Shown here piece after piece: positions 60,101 to 61,415 of a DNA stretch of 64,000 bases (position 1 is the stretch's first letter; each line of letters starts with the position of its first letter). The stretch is taken from positions 5,628 through 69,627 of the forward strand of contig CAYWQH010000007.1 of NCBI GenBank assembly GCA_964460855.1, in the 5' to 3' direction. The position numbers were made by a program, and so were the translations under genes. This DNA comes from an uncultured Candidatus Saccharibacteria bacterium. GTDB taxonomy: Bacteria; Patescibacteriota; Saccharimonadia; Saccharimonadales; UBA10212. The notes beneath the pieces are model-generated. The model was not told the DNA's origin. It ran no database searches and was given only the letters and a program-made list of their open reading frames with translations.

Positions 60101-60330
60101 TGTTCAACGCCGCCGGCACCCAGTGTGGCTCAACTACTACCCTTAACTCCAGCAACCTGACCTGGCAGCAAACCAACATGACCGGCAGCGAATCGTCCGA
60201 CTCGGCCTGTAACACCACCAACATGGCGCCGGGCAGTATCGTGACCTTCCGCATCAAGATGACCGTCGGTACTAACAACGACTTTGCCCGCGCCGGCTAC
60301 CTGCAATTTACATATAACAGCTTGTTCTAA
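42196..60330 (+). CDS. Giant secreted/surface protein 2 (6044 aa): fibre-like repeat arrays + at least nine CBM4/9-like modules + two Kelch propellers + FN3-like pair
   Basis: An uninterrupted 18.1-kb ORF. A signal-peptide-like N-terminus (MLKLALTVSVFACLAIGVFVSKTTPVDA) begins at the second Met (42235, preceded by GGGAG), which may be the true start. CBM-like modules by motif reading lie at ~44860, 46021, 51490, 53060, 53490, 56170, 56650, 58480 and 59100. Confidence 0.9.
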   Translation: MPNRNGIKRVGSPMLKLALTVSVFACLAIGVFVSKTTPVDATSSNYLNFQARLLSTAGAVVPDGNYNVEFKIYDASASAGSSQGSCAGDANCLWTETRTGGNKVRVVNGYLTVDLGAVTGFPVINWDQQLYLTMNIGGTGAASWDGEMSPRLTLTAVPYAFRAQQLALQTGANESTLSFATQTAANSILLPDEAGTLCIRNSANCGFAAATGSSAYIQNGTGLQTNANYNIQSAATNSVGAVIRGASGQTADLFDLQHGASGTNVVSVGPDGQALFQNKNNSSTAFRIQDASGKNYLAVDTVGASISVGDTGIASSIQVGNTTGAVTQTINIGTNSTASSTNNINIGSSIAGTTAITGPTTITSRTSGSATGLAITSSSTGNGEDVSLTNTSGTQTNGLSIDRNGAGGATTNLLSLSNTAGTATNAINITGTFGNNLINTPSFNVSNGGSVQANAGYLINSITTGSFAKRIVAGTGGVTTNDVVICAVDSSNFRVLDTTTARDIRVCGVATAGAASGSNAQVAFVGNVTVNADAAAVAIGDQLVTSTTSGAVTVNNSATNGILGIASSAKGAGAATVTVQLGIFRGVTNPDFGGGNLTTTGTYNTNTFNSSTLQFGAAGTATIDSASGQTLQIGTGANAHNVTIGNTTGSTGLSLLTGTGNFSLDGVGASTYQLGTSTTNGTIAIGGTAQTGTLTLGRSTATNTISIGASAGNGNTQTINIGNSGTAGSTTNLVLGSTIGGSTTIQSAGGLVLTTLGTADNNTTLCRNSSNIVATCTNGGNTLQSAYNASTGGATSEIILDTTRNALDIQDRSTSNGGTIGANLLNIRATAATDATAGATLLSVGNTGAVLLQNSANSANALQVQNAIGDQLLNIDTTNSNLITNSSIEISPLSNWTYSGTAGSVTRDTSQFYFGNASLNVTTNNGANDGAKQTLATTLAASTTYFISWWDKLSASTFTDVKAQFSYDGTTGNAANCATFNTQTVLTTGWTRHTCSFTTGSGGTAPTASNAIYIVQTAAAVRTFWIDGVQLEQTAATPYNDGKIQLNGVVTSPTTFQNTNNSLMAFQIQNAAGTSNLFVADTINGRIGIGKATNLSATLDVNGTVYASSEFSLSNATFGNIKKAYTAGTGGVTANDVVVLASDSGNSRVIDTTTARDPRVFGVVASTASAGNTVFTAIAGQATVNYTGTAPVIGDQLVTSTVAGSVIVDNNATSGVLGYAVSNGSSGTVSVMIEQIHGVTNPIFRNNSNSTNAFQVQNATGDTEFNIDTTQTSLLSNPSAEQAFSASNWQVKAGGETVTQDSTQKYIGSKSIKVITTGSALDGVKQNITLNDGPAVTYALNFEAKLDSGSAAFSTLIARYNNGSADTNCVTGGSILSTGWKRFSCTFSSPNSHSGTPYIYIGQSDANAHTFYVDAVQLTLSSTNLPYTDSNYQLNGVISSPVTFQNQSDSNTAFQIQNAAGTGNTFIVDTTNTRVGIGAQPSVLGTTGLEVTGTTYSSTGFVIGTSTSTGNITKFFTVGTGGVTASHPVILNTDGGNPRVMETTTARDQHVIGVAGTTAASTGTAWVTIYGAAQVNADGHVFGNAGGAIAPGDRLVIGASGAVYKDNNATSGIVGISQGTLALNGTSATLNVWVMPQTGNDNARFQNTTDNTTAFQVQNAAGNNYISVSTSGASVSIGDTGIASTIQVGNTTGAVAQTINIGTNATGSSTNTIHIGDGANATNTITEGSSSNTANTYTLEAGTGATAIQIGNGATAHGIQIGTGAAVQTIVLGSTNTTSATSIQGGVSGAINIGSVGSSTLASTTHIADTTDATGTQLVTIGSNAKSANTLTLQGQTINTGAVGSATTATAVHIADTSDGTSTQAVTIGSNAKTTNTLTLQGQTVSVGSIGSSTTATTVHIADTTDGTSTQAVTIGSNAKSTNTLTLQGQTVNVGTVGSATTATAVHIADTSDATNAQAVTIGSTAANAGNVLNLQGGTNASTAIVLRTGATGGNAGGITIGNTTGANTQAINIGTNATGSSTTNVTIGSTVAGTTTLQSAGGVKVTTLGTATSNSAYLCRDSSTTILTACNTTGTGVAFVNGGNSFGGVGVLGTLDANGLQIVTGASGPNGRAFFSATSNDLYFGNASTGGTAATPNDFNVSGTGSSTAGTTGGALTVSGGAGATGTTGSNGGALNLQGGTASGTNARTGGAVAITGGTPSATGVGGAISLTSGAGGSTSGNSGAITIATGNTTSGTAGNISIDVGTSTSGNGTISIGTASRAQTIAVGNTNASTGVSIEAGTGASAIQIGNGGTAHGIQIGTGAAVQTIVIGSTNSTSATSIQGGVSGAINIGSVASSTLASTTNIATTSDATGTQVVNIGSSAKTNNAVTIEAGNTGTIAIGNGATAHTINVGTGAAVQGITIGSTNTTSATNIQGGVSGAINVGSVGSSTLASTTHIGDTTDATGTQLVTIGSNAKAANTLTLQGQTVNVGSVGASTTATAVHIADTSDATGTQAVSIGSNAKGANSLTLDAGTGATAIQIGNGGTAHGIQIGTGAAVQTLVIGSTNTTSATSIQGGVSGAINIGSVASSTLASTTNIATTSDATGTQVVNIGSSAKVNNAINIQGGTTGGINVGTVGSATAGSTIHIADTSDGTNTQAVTIGSNAKTTNTLTLQGQTVSVGTVGSATTATTIHIADTSDGTNTQAVTIGSNAKTTNTLTLQGQTVSIGTVGSATTATTIHIADTTDATNSQIVTIGSNAKSTNVTSIQGQTLNLGAVGSATTATTVNIANTSDGTNTQAVNIGSNAKSTNTLLLDAGTAANAVQIGNSATAHGIQIGTGAAVQTIVIGSTNTSSATSIQGGVSGAINVGSVGSSTLASTTHIADTTDATGAQAVTIGSTAANAGNLTTLQGGTDAATAILLRTGATGGAAGGITIGNTTGANTQTINVGTNATGSSSTAVNIGSTVAGITTLQSAGGVKVITLGSADTNTILCRNSSNFIATCTGAANTLQTAYNASTGGSTSEIILDTTRNAVDIQDRSTSNGGTIGANLLNVRATAANDSTAGALLFGIGNTGAATFQNSANSSTAFQVQNATGEQMLNIDTTNSNLITNSGIEANPLANWSYNGTPGSVTRDTSTSYLGSASLNVTTAGGALDGAKQTLATTLSASTAYFISWEDKLSASTFTDVKAMFSYDGTIGNAISCSSQNTQTVVTTGWTRHSCTFTTGSGGTAPTSSNAIFIVQTAGATRTFWIDAVQLQLTAATPYTNGGIQVGGSITSPTVFQNAVNSTTAFQIQNAAGTGNIFVVDTINGRIGINKAIPTNAVDVIGSVASDSAFVLGTSSLTSGQIRKTMTVGATNVAAKDVVVFGLDGASNTRVFTSTTGRDPRVFGVAQSAVSSGSSVDVIISGMTQVNVNTGDTIAVGDQLVVSTTGGVAVVDNNATQGIIGYATQAKNNTTPGPIGIYVKPINGVNNPIFKNTSDGTTAFQIQNANGNNYLLVNTTGATISVGDTSIASTVQIGNTTGNVTQTINIGTNAAGGSSTENVNIGSSVAGTTAITGATTITNRTSGSADTLVVNNSSSTGTIAKFQDNGATVFQLADGGAATFSNQTNSASAFQVQNASAEPLINVDTTTQNLVTNGSFETNTTGWALKGSASIARITSDSAVGNASLDATTTAAANDGMKYAISLVSNTKYSLSFYAKVSGTPGAFLSYGYAQDGSTETGSTTSLTQNVLSNGWTRYNLTFTTATVSGSPYVFIKQSDATIRELKIDGVMLTKFSQLTNAGGELAVAGNWVTKSTAAVTQDSTFFYAGADSVKTVTTAANNDGVKQAITLSDSSFYTLSFYAMLGSASNAMATMEAGYSSDGSTDNTVCTTAKTLYTGWINYTCTFVTPSSHSGTPYIYIKQTDNVIHTFYIDEVQLVAGNIPNQYQSGTIQLNGVLNSPIAIQNATNSTTAFSIQNASATNVFNVDTTNGGAISVFGTTNGEVGPWTTQTNNLATGLNDSSVVYANGYIYILGGGDSGNTAQTTTQYAKVNADGSLGSFTAGPALPAGRRLGTAVFLNGYLYYMNGSGTGAAGQVYYTRVNPDGGLNAWQTNPVNMPQANRTGMAAFTYNGLIYVWGGSATQDYTFVKPNTDGSLTNFTYVTQYTLNSNRDFTGVAVANGFVYWVGGRNNVPTGTAVVSYAAINSDGTLGTASTTSSLPEARTFNGRVEIINGYLYAIGGGNASGTARNTVYYAKINSTTGGVGTWNTAVNNLPMTTGVTDNETISANGYLYSIGGIIDGSSAQRTTYYASTSRLTLGGSLDLVGASATSSTIASGGGSLVAGNSSILGNLNVAGESSFNGGATFAGIISAGSGINVQGSANATSISTSALSAPTGTPTVTQTGATGAAQWKYVVTAVDANGNESTTSATGTVNNGNATVSTTNYITVTFNTVRGASFYNIYRTQSGGTPSSTGLISSVPAGPNSTQTVTDIGYQGATGSTPVTTTKSGSVSIAGSIQGQASFVGDILSSQINPVGGISVNPTLGSGTSYTYGVTAVDPQNNETAVVTAATATGAATLDASHFNTIAWSPVPGAAKYKIYRTASSGTPATTGLIGTNTISNNFTNIGPQTFVDNGIAGDGSTAPSTNTTGVAVFNGYSTTSRSAVNNTAAFAVQNATSSAALSVDTTAVNTFVSNSSFENNLVTGWTASGTGASIAATTAEKYVGSYSMAFTTGTAVGNSARLTIGAVLSTSTTYTLSFYAKTNTAFNTISASYASGGSTATETDCAVLTPVTRQVITTAWTRFTCTITTSATSPTGSAYIAIKQSDSTSRILYIDGVQIEAGSSITTGQISNTGFETNTTGWAYSTGVGTGTIAQNATPYNGAQSMRLNITAGAINAGTRFVTNNTGATALAQNTDYILSFWAKSTGAVTNLAAAYAVDGTNQVDCRLNSNTVSSSAWTYYYCTISTDSTAVNAGAYITIKESSSAVETIDIDNVLLTKATSVSSPSAFQETAISLNGAVTSPTSFKNQSNSTTAFQIQNSAGGNLFSVDSAYSNVSILTNNSGDVMPWQTNSYPLNAARTTVSSAAWNGYMYTVGDNTTIVNYAKINSNGSLGTQNTTTALPVARERQGLVAVNGYLYLVAGSNSGTEVNNVYYAKIYNDGTLSTWVLSPNTLANARRNLSVIAVNGYIYAIGGTSGAGTYYTDVSYAKVNADGTTGPWLATTSMPTTRQLAGVAAANGYLYILGGFNGTAYDNVTYFAPINADGTIGSFQTTTVLPGTRGAGAAYVANGYIYFVGGATSSTQGVEYAQLNPNGQIGSWTASNNQLPNPRGFYGYSFVNGYMYVIGGYDGSAAAATVYYTSTSRISAAGSIDLVGTSSENLADVGQTTGGSITAGNGTFVGDLNVNGLAYFNNNVTVNKELRVDGSTTIKNVTGSTNMLQIQNAGGSNVFTTNTVNLIRNSNFEGGTSGIDNEVDFWAKRGATTTLAVDNTQSYFGQQSMKVVTSAATTDGVKYNFVFTPSTSYAMSFYIKDTTGTIATMSYGRTDTGAGAGETACQSSQTISSTWTRFTCSFTTGATIGASGTPYIYINAGTASHTFYVDGVQLEQVGSTSVSASDYRGGDVTVDGIATFKSTADTATVLQIQNSNSANLLSADSTGNAPTVNLVSDSGAEVAGSTSTTFPSSTWAAQASSTVARDVSIYNSGTGSVSVNMGTTANNGVKNTLVSSPATNTEYIVSFNAKLIAGTAWTTMDVEYSADNGSTLVACSNYNTQTIVTTGWTKVTCMIASTGATAVTTPLLIIRQTDTPGSGRTFNIDNASFIKQDAGTNAVSTIRLGGNTGQGLTLLTLDSFADRPFTGATNTSLLGSMYYDTTIGKIQCYEAAGWGTCGSRLPQTVTLNPEYPGAVLTGDGTNNTGSMTSDFCSGTGRLNINVSGSNCGTNDEFNYYAWTAQATNDYDIYVKYQLPSDFNGWSSDTSIKMYGWVTATSTDKVELAMFNAAGTQCGSTTTLNSSNLTWQQTNMTGSESSDSACNTTNMAPGSIVTFRIKMTVGTNNDFARAGYLQFTYNSLF
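47611..48120 (+). repeat. 141-nt (47-aa) in-frame tandem repeat array, about 3.5 copies
   Basis: Unit starts at 47611, 47752, 47893 and 48034 (exact 141-nt spacing). Unit protein is HIADT(S/T)D(G/A)T.TQ(A/L)VTIGSNAK..NTLTLQGQT(V/I).(V/T)G.(V/I)GS.TTAT.V. Confidence 0.85.
50083..50590 (+). repeat. 141-nt (47-aa) in-frame tandem repeat array, about 3.6 copies
   Basis: Unit starts at 50083, 50224, 50365 and 50506 (exact 141-nt spacing). A further 1.6 copies lie at 49513 and 49654. Confidence 0.85.
54165..55065 (+). other. Kelch-type beta-propeller 1 of giant 2
   Basis: ANGYIYILGGG..TQYAKVNADGSLGSF, LNGYLYYMNG, YNGLIYVWGG, ANGFVYWVGG, INGYLYAIGG, ANGYLYSIGG. It is collinear with 35944..36830 of giant 1. 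Confidence 0.6.
57355..58215 (+). other. Kelch-type beta-propeller 2 of giant 2
   Basis: WNGYMYTVGD, VNGYLYLVAG, VNGYIYAIGG, ANGYLYILGG, ANGYIYFVGG, VNGYMYVIGG, each followed by (V/Y)YA(K/Q)(I/V/L)N.(N/D)G..G(T/S)(W/F). Confidence 0.6.
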
Positions 60331-60382
60331 AGGATAACCATGAAAATATTCACCACAACACTCACAACGGCCAGCCTGCCAC

Positions 60383-60495
60383 CCAGCAGAGCTGAGTGTA
60401 CTGCTGGCCTCTTGGCTATTTCCGGCTTGCGCCATCAAAAGGCTCACTCACCGTATGTCTATATACGGCTCGTTCGCCATTTGTGGCACTGCACC
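60383..60495 (-). ncRNA. Copy D (shorter, most diverged) of the unassigned structured RNA element family
   Basis: The reverse complement reads GGUGCAGUGCCA..GCGAACGA-GCCGUAU-AUAGAC-AUACGGU-GAGUGA..UUUUGAUGGCGCA, then the hairpin CCAGCAG..CUGCUGG. It keeps the GAACGA/GAGUGA tandem-GA loop and the CGUAU/AUACG hairpin but lacks one internal helix. Confidence 0.4.
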
Positions 60496-60889
60496 GAAAC
60501 TAGCTCAAGTGTGAGCGCCGTGGAGAATATTTTTCACAAGTTCATCAATCAGATTTCGATCTCAAACCTAGTACTGCCAACTATCCAATTTTTTGCGGCC
60601 GGCAACGCCGCCTTACAATCGTCACTTACTATTTACGTCCGCGAGGGCAGAATGGTTAGTGAAAATAAGTGGATTTGCGGGGGGCCGCTTATGTGAAGCG
60701 TAAATAAATAAACCCCCACAACAAACACTAAAAATAAGAGTAATAGGTAGATTATCCGGCGGCCAATGGTCTCGCAGCCGCAGCCGGCCTGGATTAATAT
60801 TGCTCAAAAACCAACAGCAAAAAAGCTGCCCGTACCTTAAGCAAAAAGAATGCAAAAATAGCTTACACAAAAACTTAAAAAACCTTCCA

Positions 60890-60926
60890 ACGTTCCGGTA
60901 ACACCTCCCAAAACTAACCGGAACGT
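60890..60926 (+). other. Perfect 10-bp hairpin displaying an anti-Shine-Dalgarno-like loop (AACACCUCCCAAAACUA)
   Basis: acgttccggt (60890-60899) pairs with accggaacgt (60917-60926). The 17-nt loop contains CACCUCCC. It lies 37 nt upstream of RNA copy B. Confidence 0.5.
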
Positions 60927-60962
60927 ACAAACAAACATTAAAAACTTCATTCGCACGTACTT

Positions 60963-61100
60963 GGATGCACCGCTAGGAAGAAGCGAATTTCGAACGAATC
61001 GTATCGAACATACGGTGAGAGAGAAATTTTAGCGCACTGACAACGCGGGGCGCCAAGAGTGTTTTTATAAACTTGGCTTTGCCAGGTTTGGTAAAAACAC
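60963..61100 (+). ncRNA. Copy B of the unassigned four-member structured RNA element family
   Basis: Reads GGAUGCACCGCUAGGA..GAACGA-AUCGUAU-CGAAC-AUACGGU-GAGAGA..GACAACGCGGGGCGCC (60963-61054), then a long hairpin GUGUUUUUA..UUGGC-UUU-GCCAG..UAAAAACAC (61059-61100). The U-G wobbles (U.G in the CGUAU hairpin and in the 3' hairpin) fit only + strand RNA. Confidence 0.55.
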
Positions 61101-61323
61101 GTTACGCGTGAATGAAAAAAACGTCGTAACACAAAATAACTCTTTAAAAAACCTCCCAAAACAATTCCTCCCAAGGAAAACAAACAGTTTCCCAAAACTA
61201 AAATTAAAATCTCTTCAAAAAAGAGTTAGCCTACCGGCAGCAGGCCGTAACTCGTAAAAATTCAAAACCAAAAACCGTAAAAAGCAAACAAACATCCAAA
61301 TGTTTAAAACCAAAATTATCCGA

Positions 61324-61360
61324 AGCGGGTAGTCTAAACAGATTACCCGCTTTAGATTTA
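61324..61360 (+). terminator. Terminator-like hairpin upstream of giant gene 3
   Basis: A 12-bp stem (agcgggtagtct 61324-61335 / agattacccgct 61340-61351, with one G.U) and loop aaac, followed by tttagattt. Confidence 0.45.
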
Positions 61361-61415
61361 CAGGTGGATAACTTAAGCAGTTCAGTTATAATGATGGTAT
61401 AAAGTGAAAACGCAA

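Noticed and set aside
27284-60330. Prophage or tail-fibre operon interpretation of the giant genes because of tail-fibre-like motifs
   Set aside because: No capsid, terminase, portal, baseplate, integrase or lysis genes occur anywhere in the window. The ORFs carry N-terminal membrane/signal sequences and lectin/propeller modules, which fits cellular surface proteins that share fibre-type motifs.
60340-60696. 118-aa + strand ORF right after giant gene 2
   Set aside because: No recognisable motifs and an odd composition. The interval is better explained by the minus-strand RNA-element copy D (60383..60495). It is kept only as a possibility in the findings.
60622-61195. Minus-strand ORFs of 102 aa and 82 aa (Cys/Phe/Leu-rich) in the spacer between giant genes 2 and 3; also tiny hydrophobic peptides downstream of minus-strand GGGAGGTG sequences
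   Set aside because: This is a compositional artefact: the + strand is A/C-rich, so the minus strand is T/G-rich and encodes F/L/V/C. The ORFs overlap RNA copy B and the 60890..60926 hairpin. No independent support.
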